Shown here: positions 1 through 7,092 of the stretch, piece by piece | Numbering within the stretch: position 1 is the first letter of the stretch | Layout: the number at the start of each line of letters is the position of its first letter | UHGV virus genome: UHGV-1364111 | Strand: one strand, 5' to 3' | Length of the DNA stretch: 40,203 bases | DNA from: a virus | Position numbers and translations under genes: made by a program | Notes under the pieces: model-generated | Database searches by the model: none | Seen by the model: only the letters and a program-made list of their open reading frames with translations | Told to the model about the DNA's origin: nothing

Positions 1-4
1 AAAC

Positions 5-547
5 ATGGAATGCAAAGTGAGTGAGTTGGTGAAGCTTGGGCATGAACGTGCTGCCGACCTGAGAGCAGCATGTGGCACGATTGCTGTGGCGAAGTTGATA
101 AGCGATTTGGCTACGCAGTTGGATGTGCAACTAGCTCGCAGTAATGCGCTGGCTGCGGAGAATGCGGGGCTGAATGCGTTCGTCGATGCGTTGCTCTCTA
201 TCGCTTGGCAAGGTGGCTCCGCTGATGGTGCGGAAATACAGGAGCTGGCACTGAAGCATGGACTGCTTCGTCAGGAGGTCTACTCTGCTAATGAGCACGA
301 AACACTGGTCGATGACCCTGGTAACTTTGAGGACGGCGATCCGGTTTACTTCCGTGTTGAAACCCCGGCTACCGACGCTTTCCTGGCTGAAGTGTGGGCG
401 CAGGGTGTGGAGATGTTTGCCGCACATAAGCGAGAACGACAGCAGGCTCTGCGTAGCCGAAGCATGAGGATGTCTGAAGAAGCTGCTGGCATGGCCGCTG
501 ATGCTGAGAACTTCGCCGACGAGCTTCGCAAGGGAGTGCAGTCATGA
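5..547 (+). CDS. hypothetical phage protein (180 aa)
   Basis: Complete ORF starting at the ATG at position 5. RBS-like GGGGGT lies across the circular junction (window end ...gcgggggtaaacATG). No recognisable motif. Stop overlaps the next start (ATGA). Confidence 0.45.
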   Translation: MECKVSELVKLGHERAADLRAACGTIAVAKLISDLATQLDVQLARSNALAAENAGLNAFVDALLSIAWQGGSADGAEIQELALKHGLLRQEVYSANEHETLVDDPGNFEDGDPVYFRVETPATDAFLAEVWAQGVEMFAAHKRERQQALRSRSMRMSEEAAGMAADAENFADELRKGVQS

Positions 548-864
548 GCACTTCAATTAGCTATATCGATGATTGCCACCTGAGTGTGCGTGTGGATGAA
601 ATTGCATCATCCGTACCTACTTTCCCAACAAAAAATGCAGCAGTTAGTGCAGGCGCGCCATTCGGATGGAGAACCGCAATTCGTCTTAATCGACGATTCG
701 AAAATGTGTGGGTAGTTGGTAAGAAATGCTTCCAGGGCGATCACTCTGCTGGGCTTAACTTTGAAGCATATCGATTCCCACTATTACGATGGGAGAAAGA
801 CGGTGGCGTTACAAAATGCCCGGTTCTCTCTGTGCGCAGGTTCAATCCGGAGGCAGAACAATGA
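544..864 (+). CDS. hypothetical protein (106 aa)
   Basis: ORF translationally coupled to the upstream gene by an ATGA overlap. No recognisable domain. Confidence 0.35.
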   Translation: MSTSISYIDDCHLSVRVDEIASSVPTFPTKNAAVSAGAPFGWRTAIRLNRRFENVWVVGKKCFQGDHSAGLNFEAYRFPLLRWEKDGGVTKCPVLSVRRFNPEAEQ

Positions 865-1292
865 TCAACATCGACAAACGCGCATTACGGGAAGCGGCGG
901 TTCGCGCAGGTGGCGTGAAGTGGCAATACATGCGCGCGACGCAACATTCGAAAGCATACATAACGGACGATAAAGGTTCGACAGTCGTCAACTGCACTGA
1001 TGGTGATGTTCCAGCCAAATGCGCCGGATTTCTAGAGTCCGCCAACCCTGCCGCCGTGCTGGCGCTGCTGGATGAGCTGGAAGCTATGCATAAATACGCC
1101 AAAGACCGTGATGCAGAAAATGAAGGCTTGATGATCACGGTTGGCCGGTTGCGTGTCGAGAAGGAAGCCGCAGAGAAGCGGATTGCTGATTATCAGGAGC
1201 TTATCAGTGGATTGGTTGGTGTCTCGTCTTCCATTCTGCGCGAAGTGGAGCGCATCAACGTCTCCGCAGCCTGTAAAGGAGAAGCATCATGA
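861..1292 (+). CDS. Ead/Ea22-like family protein
   Basis: Internal ATG at 861 preceded by GGAGG. Protein MINIDKRALREAAVRAGG...AAVLALLDELEAMHKYAKDRDAENEGL plus a coiled-coil C-terminus, matching my recollection of the Ead/Ea22-like prophage family. Confidence 0.5.
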   Translation: MINIDKRALREAAVRAGGVKWQYMRATQHSKAYITDDKGSTVVNCTDGDVPAKCAGFLESANPAAVLALLDELEAMHKYAKDRDAENEGLMITVGRLRVEKEAAEKRIADYQELISGLVGVSSSILREVERINVSAACKGEAS

Positions 1293-1891
1293 GCACTATG
1301 ACAAAAGAACGCGCAGCACAAATTGCAGCAGGCGGCGGATTTAACTTTGATGAGATTGCGGTGTTGGCGCGTATCGCTCTGGAATCGATCGAAGCGGAGC
1401 CTGTGGCGTATGTTATGGCGGATGATTTGAAGGATAGCAGCATCATATCAACGCCAGCATATCGTGATTTAGGTGAGGCAATGGAGAGGGCTGTTGGGGA
1501 TGTGGTTGCGCTATACGTCTCCACGCCAGCGCCGGAATCTATGAAAGACCATCAGATTCGTGAGCTGGTAAATGAGCTGCGCGATATCGCTGTTGAGTAC
1601 CACGGAACGCAGCAGCTGCGCGAACGCATTGCCAGAACAATCCGCGCCGCCATGCTTCAGGGCGCAGAACCTGTAAGTAATCGTGATGAGTTGACCGATG
1701 GTTGGGTGGCTTGCAGTGAGCGGATGCCGGAACAGTTTGTTGAGGTTCTGGTTTGCACGGAAGACGGTAGCAGATATGTTGCAGCTCTTAACCAAAGCAT
1801 GAATTGGGATGATGGGGATTTCTTCGATGACATTCAGTACGTCACCCACTGGATGCCACTGCCAGCAGCACCGCAGCAGGAGGTGACGTGA
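1289..1891 (+). CDS. DUF551 domain protein
   Basis: C-terminal GWVACSERMPEQFVEVLV...THWMPLPAAP resembles the DUF551 signature (W..RLPE....VLV...THWMPLP). Start ATGA-coupled to the previous gene. Confidence 0.55.
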   Translation: MSTMTKERAAQIAAGGGFNFDEIAVLARIALESIEAEPVAYVMADDLKDSSIISTPAYRDLGEAMERAVGDVVALYVSTPAPESMKDHQIRELVNELRDIAVEYHGTQQLRERIARTIRAAMLQGAEPVSNRDELTDGWVACSERMPEQFVEVLVCTEDGSRYVAALNQSMNWDDGDFFDDIQYVTHWMPLPAAPQQEVT

Positions 1892-2136
1892 TGGAAATCA
1901 TCCAGGGGACTTGCAGTTGTGGTGAGGTCATCAGCATCGAGTTAAACGCCGATCCAAATTCATGCGGCCGCACCGACAGGAAGAGACCGTTTTATCCGGA
2001 TGAGAACGTTGAGCCCGAGGTGATAGGTCAGTTTGTTTATTCGCAGGATGGTGTAACTGTTTTTCGGTGCAGAAAATGCTCCGGCTGGATTGCAGATACA
2101 GTTCCTGAAGCGGCGCTGGAGGTGCGGGATGCCTAA
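1888..2136 (+). CDS. small zinc-ribbon protein (82 aa)
   Basis: CSCGE...C...CRKCSGW cysteine pattern (CxC...C...CxxC). Coupled start (GTGATG overlap). Confidence 0.4.
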   Translation: MMEIIQGTCSCGEVISIELNADPNSCGRTDRKRPFYPDENVEPEVIGQFVYSQDGVTVFRCRKCSGWIADTVPEAALEVRDA

Positions 2137-2193
2137 CCCATTCGACGTGGTGATGTTCGTGCTGCTGGCAATCGGCGCAATTCAGCAAATGGG

Positions 2194-2475
2194 GTGGCTG
2201 CCATGGTGAGCAAACTCAAACAGCGGCGCCTGCGCCGCCTTAAAGCCGACGTTGCCTGGTGGAAAGGTGAAGCCTCGGACCTGTACGCCAGAGTCATGGA
2301 GCAGGCCGACGAAATAGCCGAACTCCGCAGGCTGGTCATCCGCGTTCCGATGCCGGTGGTGGTTCCGGCTGATATCATCCAGGGTATTAACGTGAAGGGC
2401 GCGTTTGCGATGGGGATCGAACGCTATGGTGATGCGATGCTGAAGTTAGCGAAAAAGGAGGAAGGCAATGGCTAA
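2194..2475 (+). CDS. hypothetical protein (about 90 aa)
   Basis: ORF with a GTG at 2194 or an ATG at 2203 as start. Basic N-terminus (KQRRLRRLK). Confidence 0.35.
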   Translation: MAAMVSKLKQRRLRRLKADVAWWKGEASDLYARVMEQADEIAELRRLVIRVPMPVVVPADIIQGINVKGAFAMGIERYGDAMLKLAKKEEGNG

Positions 2476-2806
2476 GACAGCGGCAGAACGTAAAGCAGCG
2501 CAGCGCGCCCGCCAGGCGGAAGCTGGTGAACGCAAACTGGAGCTGGTGCTCGACGAGCAGGAAATGGAGATGCTGGCGCGTAACTGCGCGGAGCGTCGCC
2601 CGGGACGCGAACCATACGAAATGAGCGAGTACATTGCTCTGCTGATCCGCCAGGATGATGCCAGGGTGCGCGGTCGCATCAAAGCTATCAGCGCCAACCA
2701 GTGCGGCAAGTGTGGCGACAGCCTGCCGGTGAAGTCCTGCCCGTGCGCCGGTGATTCGATCTGCTGGGTAACGCAGGGCTGGCATGAAACGAAACTTGCG
2801 GTGTGA
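2468..2806 (+). CDS. hypothetical Cys-rich protein (112 aa)
   Basis: Strong RBS AAGGAGGAAGG 5 nt before the ATG. C-terminal CGKCGDSLPVKSCPCAGDSICW metal-binding-like cluster. Possible regulator. Confidence 0.45.
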   Translation: MAKTAAERKAAQRARQAEAGERKLELVLDEQEMEMLARNCAERRPGREPYEMSEYIALLIRQDDARVRGRIKAISANQCGKCGDSLPVKSCPCAGDSICWVTQGWHETKLAV

Positions 2807-2820
2807 CGGGGCACGGCGTA

Positions 2821-2863
2821 TTGACTAAATCCTCACATGATTATACTGTTTAAATGTACAGTA
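2821..2863 (+). promoter_or_regulatory. sigma70-like promoter with embedded LexA (SOS) box
   Basis: TTGACT (2821-2826), 17-bp spacer, then TACTGT. A perfect CTGT-N8-ACAG box TACTGTTTAAATGTACAGTA (2844-2863) sits 20 bp upstream of the 2884 start codon. An 8-bp inverted repeat CCTCACAT/ATGTGAGG (2831-2838 and 2869-2876) flanks the box and includes the SD. Confidence 0.6.
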
Positions 2864-2883
2864 TTTTTATGTGAGGTTCCATT

Positions 2884-3213
2884 ATGGGCTTTCCATCTCC
2901 GGCAAAAGACTACGCAGAATCACGCCTTACCATCACCAGCATGTGCGGCTACGACGGAAACTGTCGAACCGTTGAGACGTCGGCTGGTTACGCAATCATC
3001 AACGTCGCAAATAAACCACATCCGGGCGATACCGTGCTGATTTCGTATTGCGGCCGCACGGAGTTCGCCATCGTGCAGGGGCGGGCGCTTATTGTTCCGG
3101 AGGGGGAGTACATCGAAGGTGAAGCGCTGGACGACACAACGGTGCTGGGAGTGGTTACACATTTCCTCAACCGTGCCGGCAGCCAGGAAGACGATCCGAT
3201 ACCAGTCATGTAA
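2884..3213 (+). CDS. UmuD'-like (pre-cleaved S24 peptidase-fold) protein lacking catalytic Ser/Lys
   Basis: MGFPSPAKDYAESRLTIT aligns with UmuD residues 25 onward (GFPSPAADYVEQRIDLN), i.e. exactly the UmuD' N-terminus. The C-terminus ...LGVVTHFLNRAG aligns with FGVVIHVVKAM. The SGDSM serine and the Lys of the dyad are replaced (ITSMCGYDG and VQGRAL). Confidence 0.55.
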   Translation: MGFPSPAKDYAESRLTITSMCGYDGNCRTVETSAGYAIINVANKPHPGDTVLISYCGRTEFAIVQGRALIVPEGEYIEGEALDDTTVLGVVTHFLNRAGSQEDDPIPVM

Positions 3214-3233
3214 CATCTGCGCGGGCGTGATAG

Positions 3234-3270
3234 TATTACCTGCATGGTAATAAAGTTACTCAGGTGGTAA
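3234..3270. promoter_or_regulatory. two tandem operator-like palindromes upstream of terS
   Basis: TATTACC-tgca-TGGTAATA (3234-3252, TTACC-N5-GGTAA core 3236-3250) and TTACT-caggt-GGTAA (3256-3270). Centres are 20 bp apart. Confidence 0.4.
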
Positions 3271-3869
3271 TGATGCCCGCGACACCAAAAACCCACAAAC
3301 GCAAATCAACGCAATATAAACCTCTTACAGCGATGCAGGAGGCTTACTGCCAGTCCTACATTAAGACACCCGAAAACCAGTCTCAGGCAGCGATTGACGC
3401 AGGATTTTCGCCTAATACGGCAGCCGTCAAAGCCAGCGTGATGATGCGAGACGAAAGAATCCAGAAACGAATCGCTGAGCTGATGGAGGAGCGCAATAGG
3501 CGTATGCGCGTCAGCGCTGATTACGTACTCATGCGACTGGTGGAGATCGACCAGATGGATGTGATCGACATACTCAACGATGATATGAGTATCAAACCGG
3601 TTTCGGAATGGCCTAAGGTCTGGCGCCAGTATCTTACCGGTTTCGAACTGGCCGATATGTTTGAAGGTCGTGGCGACGAGAAAGAACTGGTTGGCATCCT
3701 CAAAAAAATCAAATGGCCGGACAAGGTGAAGAACCTCGAGTTGATTGGTAAGCACGTCGACGTCAACGCGTTCAAAGAGCGCCTGGAGGTTTCCGGTACC
3801 GTCACCATTGCCGACCGCATGGCAGCCGCGCGCCGCCGCGTCAAAGAGCAGGCTGGTGGTGAAGAATGA
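3264..3869 (+). CDS. terS: terminase small subunit
   Basis: About 200-aa protein immediately upstream of, and ATGA-coupled to, the large terminase. Basic N-terminus and a helix-turn-helix-like segment QAAIDAGFSPNTAAVKASVM typical of TerS. Start ambiguous (GTG 3264, ATG 3270 or 3273). Confidence 0.65.
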   Translation: MVMMPATPKTHKRKSTQYKPLTAMQEAYCQSYIKTPENQSQAAIDAGFSPNTAAVKASVMMRDERIQKRIAELMEERNRRMRVSADYVLMRLVEIDQMDVIDILNDDMSIKPVSEWPKVWRQYLTGFELADMFEGRGDEKELVGILKKIKWPDKVKNLELIGKHVDVNAFKERLEVSGTVTIADRMAAARRRVKEQAGGEE

Positions 3870-5341
3870 CAGCCGCAGCCATGTCGCCGGAAGAGCAGCT
3901 CGTCGAGGATATCGCCTCGTTCACGTATGACCCGCTGGGCTATGCGCTTTATGCGTTCCCGTGGGGCGAAGATGGCACAGAGCTGGCACACGCCACCGGG
4001 CCGAGAAAGTGGCAGGCTAATGCATTCCGCGAGATACGCGATCACCTCCAGAACCCCGCGACGCGTCACCAGCCGCTGATGCTGGCCCGCGCATCCGGCC
4101 ACGGTATCGGCAAATCCGCTTTCATCTCGATGCTCATCAACTGGGGCATGTCCACCTGCGAGGACTGCAAGGTGGTGGTTACCGCCAACACCGACAACCA
4201 GCTGCGCACCAAGACCTGGCCGGAAATCATCAAATGGTCGAACCTGGCCATAACGAAAGAGTGGTTCACCTGCACCGCCACGGCGATGTACAGCAACGAT
4301 CCTGGGCACGATAAACGCTGGCGCGCTGACGCAATCCCGTGGTCTGAGCACAACACCGAAGCGTTCGCTGGCCTGCACAACGAGCGCAAGCGCATCATCG
4401 TGGTATTCGATGAAGCGTCCAATATTGCCGATCTGGTGTGGGAGGTTGCCGAAGGTGCGCTGACGGATGAAGACACAGAAATCATCTGGGTGGCGTTCGG
4501 GAACCCGACGCGCAACACCGGGCGTTTCCGCGAATGCTTCCGAAAATATAAACACCGCTGGAAGTGTGCGCAGATTGACAGCCGTACTGTCGAAGGCACG
4601 AATAAGCAGCAGCTCCAGAAATGGGTGGACGACTACGGCGAGGACAGCGACTTCGTGAAGGTCCGTGTGCGGGGGATCTTCCCTGACGCGTCAGAGCTTC
4701 AGTTTATACCGACCGGTCTCACTGACGAGGCGATGAAGCGCGTAGTGACCGCTGCACAGGTCGCGCACGCCCCGGTGATTATTGGCGTCGACCCGGCGTA
4801 TTCCGGCGTGGATGACGCGGTGATATACCTGCGCCAGGGGCTGCACAGCAAAGTGCTCTGGACCGGCAACAAGACCACCGACGATCTGATTATGGCGAAG
4901 CGCATCGCCGACTTTGAAGACCAGTACCAGGCTGATGCGGTATTCATCGACTTCGGTTACGGTACCGGGCTGAAGTCTATCGGTGACGGATGGGGCCGGA
5001 CATGGCAGCTAATCCCGTTCGGCGGCGGCTCGACCGACCCTCAGATGCTCAATAAGCGCGGCGAGATGTTCAACAGCTGCAAAACGTGGCTGAAGCTCGG
5101 CGGCGCGCTGGATGACCAGGAGACGGCGGATGATCTGTCGGCGGCAGAGTACAAAGTCAGGGTGGACGGGAAGATCGTCATTGAGCCGAAGGAAGATATC
5201 AAAGAGCGCTTAGGCCGTTCGCCTGGCAAGGGTGATGCGCTGCTGCTGACGTTTGCTTTCCCGGTCACGAAGCGCCTGCACATTCCAGGGCAGGAGAGTC
5301 AGCAAGGCAAGGCAGTTACAGAATATGACCCGTGGAAATAA
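3866..5341 (+). CDS. terL: terminase large subunit
   Basis: 491-aa protein with a Walker A-like ARASGHGIGKS, an ATPase acidic motif IIVVFDEAS and a C-terminal nuclease-like region. Position after terS. Confidence 0.85.
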   Translation: MTAAAMSPEEQLVEDIASFTYDPLGYALYAFPWGEDGTELAHATGPRKWQANAFREIRDHLQNPATRHQPLMLARASGHGIGKSAFISMLINWGMSTCEDCKVVVTANTDNQLRTKTWPEIIKWSNLAITKEWFTCTATAMYSNDPGHDKRWRADAIPWSEHNTEAFAGLHNERKRIIVVFDEASNIADLVWEVAEGALTDEDTEIIWVAFGNPTRNTGRFRECFRKYKHRWKCAQIDSRTVEGTNKQQLQKWVDDYGEDSDFVKVRVRGIFPDASELQFIPTGLTDEAMKRVVTAAQVAHAPVIIGVDPAYSGVDDAVIYLRQGLHSKVLWTGNKTTDDLIMAKRIADFEDQYQADAVFIDFGYGTGLKSIGDGWGRTWQLIPFGGGSTDPQMLNKRGEMFNSCKTWLKLGGALDDQETADDLSAAEYKVRVDGKIVIEPKEDIKERLGRSPGKGDALLLTFAFPVTKRLHIPGQESQQGKAVTEYDPWK

Positions 5342-5503
5342 CAAAGCTATTTCTGTAGCTTTGGATTTTTCAATGAAATAAATGGGCGCAGAATTGCGCT
5401 GGGTGTGCCGCAAGCAAATGCGTGGTAGTTGCGGATTATATTCAGTGTATTTCTATAAGATATTGATTTAGTTCCAGAATACATTATTGTCCTCTGGACA
5501 GAT

Positions 5504-5530
5504 AAAACAAAGCCCGCACATCGGCGGGCT
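5504..5530 (-). terminator. rho-independent terminator (minus strand) after the moron cassette
   Basis: AGCCCGC-acatcg-GCGGGCT stem, followed on the minus strand by UUUGUUUUAUC. Confidence 0.6.
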
Positions 5531-5573
5531 GATTGTGACATGTCACGGCGTTAAAAGCCGTCGAATTCGTCTT

Positions 5574-5969
5574 TCATTTCTCGCTCAGTTTCTGCTTCAG
5601 CAGATAACCTTCCAGCATCCAGATTTTATTCACCGCGTTTTCGCGGGCGATCTTGCGACCGATCTCCGGGTCGAAGTTTTCCTGGCTTGCGCACGCGCTC
5701 TCGCCGGTTACGGTGAATCCGTTGCGCAGCACCAGGACGCAGAACGTCAGCAGAGAAAGTGATTCGTGCGGCTGGTAGTTTACCTCTCCGCCAGTATGTT
5801 TCGCTTTTATGGCTACGCCAAAGGCACCATCTTCTGCTGTGAAATATGCCTCCTGAGCAATAATACTTTCGATATGGTCTGGCGTAACGCGCGGAGCGGT
5901 TAAGCCTTTGGCCTGAATTTCCTGCTCGATAGCCAAGCAGGATGGTGCTGGAGATGCGGTTGATAACAT
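5574..5969 (-). CDS. phage protein, possibly N4 Gp49/Sf6 gene 66-like family
   Basis: 131-aa ORF. Segment GFTVTGESACASQENFDPEIGRKIARENAVNKIWMLEGYLL matches my memory of the Gp49/gene66 family signature. Assignment tentative. Confidence 0.4.
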   Translation of the reverse strand: MLSTASPAPSCLAIEQEIQAKGLTAPRVTPDHIESIIAQEAYFTAEDGAFGVAIKAKHTGGEVNYQPHESLSLLTFCVLVLRNGFTVTGESACASQENFDPEIGRKIARENAVNKIWMLEGYLLKQKLSEK

Positions 5970-5980
5970 GGTTGCTTACC

Positions 5981-6166
5981 TCAAAAAGTAATCTTATCAA
6001 ATGCGGCGTTGATCGCTTCTGCACTGCGTTCAGCGTCGTTTTTATCAACGAACGACTGACGGCCAAGAACCTCTGCCAGGCACTGCAACTTCGTGTGGTA
6101 GAGGTTCTCGCGGCGAATCTCTTCGGCAGGAGATTGTTTCTGAACATTAACGACTGTCTGGCTCAT
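5981..6166 (-). CDS. small hypothetical protein (61 aa from ATG 6166; ORF track extends to GTG 6175)
   Basis: SD AAGGTG 6 nt upstream of the ATG. 11-bp gap to the downstream 131-aa gene. No recognisable motif. Confidence 0.4.
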   Translation of the reverse strand: MSQTVVNVQKQSPAEEIRRENLYHTKLQCLAEVLGRQSFVDKNDAERSAEAINAAFDKITF

Positions 6167-6178
6167 GATTTTCACCTT

Positions 6179-6204
6179 AAAAAAATGCCCGGGCGAACCG
6201 GGCG
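6179..6204 (-). terminator. intrinsic terminator hairpin immediately 5' of the 61-aa gene SD (minus strand)
   Basis: Minus-strand RNA: GCCCGG-uucgc-CCGGGC, then U7, then AAGGUG and AUG. Confidence 0.55.
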
Positions 6205-6283
6205 AACTGGAAGCAATGACTACGGAGTGCCTTCCTTGGCAGTTACGGGTTTACAGCGCAACGTCATCGGGATGGCGTTCTGC

Positions 6284-6327
6284 TGTAAAAAGGGCGGTGG
6301 TCAGAAGTGGGAGCAACTGCCACCGCC
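6284..6327 (-). terminator. second minus-strand intrinsic terminator
   Basis: GGCGGTGG ... CCACCGCC 8-bp stem with a 19-nt loop, followed on the minus strand by CUUUUUAC. Confidence 0.5.
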
Positions 6328-6329
6328 AA

Positions 6330-6760
6330 AACTACACGCATTGCCTGGTACTGCCGTATCACGGTCCTAAGGCGTGATTGGGTTGTGGTGGCCGGTGCGC
6401 CGGCGATAGCGTTTGTCGCATGCTAATAGCAACTTTCACCACAACGGAAAGAGCACTGCATGGTTTTACCATTACATCCGAGGATTTATCTGGTGTAGTC
6501 AATGCTCTTACCTGTTATGGCCTCGTCTCTTCCGAGGTGTCACACCGTATCGCCACGATGGTGAGTCGTCATGTCCGTGCATACCGAGAGCATTGACTTG
6601 CACATTCCGGCTACCTGCTCGGGGGAAGTAGCATCAAGGACCCCGCCAGACCGCTGCGACACATGTGCCATATGCCGTACTGCTCACACCTGGAAGCGCA
6701 CTCACCAGTTTTGATTTAGCGACAAGACCTCACCGAACCGATATCAAAGTGCGCTTTCAT
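6330..6760 (-). other. structured non-coding region (candidate leader or ncRNA, strand uncertain)
   Basis: No convincing ORF with an RBS in either strand. Multiple nested GC-rich stems, e.g. GTTGTGGTG...CACCACAAC enclosing GCCGG-tgcg-CCGGC. Ends at two tandem minus-strand terminators. Confidence 0.25.
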
Positions 6761-6766
6761 GTTGTG

Positions 6767-6781
6767 TTACCTGAAGGGTAA
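6767..6781. promoter_or_regulatory. operator-like palindrome TTACC-tgaag-GGTAA
   Basis: GTGTTACC tgaag GGTAATAAT between the non-coding region and the gene preceding portal. Confidence 0.35.
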
Positions 6782-6871
6782 TAATTACAGTCCATTATGT
6801 CAATACACTACGTAAAATAATCCGTATATGGTTAAATTGGTAATAATTTAATCGTGTGTGAGGTTATCGCT

Positions 6872-7078
6872 ATGTGTATCGGCAGCAAGCCATCAGTGCC
6901 AGCGGCACCAGAAGTTCAGGCCGCACCTCAGGAGCAGGACGCCGCTGTTGTCAGTGCGCGCGATGACGAAGAGCGCCGCCGCCGTGCTGCCGCCGGTCGT
7001 AACTCGACCATGCTCACCGGTGCCCAGGGCGACACTTCCGCCGCAAATACCAGCGGTAAAACGCTGCTCGGTCAGTAA
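6872..7078 (+). CDS. small Ala/Pro/Arg-rich hypothetical protein (68 aa)
   Basis: ATG at 6872 with GAGGT 7 nt upstream. Low-complexity sequence. ORF track lists 6854 as the start. Confidence 0.35.
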   Translation: MCIGSKPSVPAAPEVQAAPQEQDAAVVSARDDEERRRRAAAGRNSTMLTGAQGDTSAANTSGKTLLGQ

Positions 7079-7092
7079 CGGAGCGCGCAGAG

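Noticed and set aside
2133-2210. 18-codon hydrophobic mini-ORF (MFVLLAIGAIQQMGWLPW) between the Zn-ribbon gene and the next gene.
   Set aside because: No RBS and it overlaps the start of the following ORF. Kept only as a note.
3521-4555. 344-aa minus-strand ORF inside terL. Similar long antisense ORFs at 8047-8760, 12972-13871, 15850-16527, 19095-19706, 21250-21816 and 33227-34039.
   Set aside because: They lie entirely antisense to well-supported genes in GC-rich DNA. They have Arg/Pro/Gly-rich unnatural compositions and no RBS. Classic shadow ORFs.
5534-5547. TGTGA...TCACA read as a CRP site.
   Set aside because: Spacer is 4 bp (TGTGAcatgTCAC) instead of the 6 bp required for CRP (TGTGA-N6-TCACA). 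FNR (TTGAT-N4-ATCAA) also does not fit.
5574-6175. hicAB or other type II TA for the 61-aa plus 131-aa pair.
   Set aside because: Neither protein shows HicA (GS.H motif) or HicB-like sequence features. The Gp49/gene66-like assignment fits better.
6179-6330. Type III toxin-antitoxin (ToxIN-like) reading of 'terminator directly before the gene'.
   Set aside because: No tandem direct repeats of 30-40 nt upstream, as ToxI-type antitoxin RNAs would require. The downstream 61-aa protein is far smaller than ToxN/AbiQ.
6378-6631. Two overlapping 72-aa plus-strand ORFs inside the structured non-coding region.
   Set aside because: No SD. They overlap each other in different frames and coincide with strong nested stem-loops. 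More likely RNA structure than coding.
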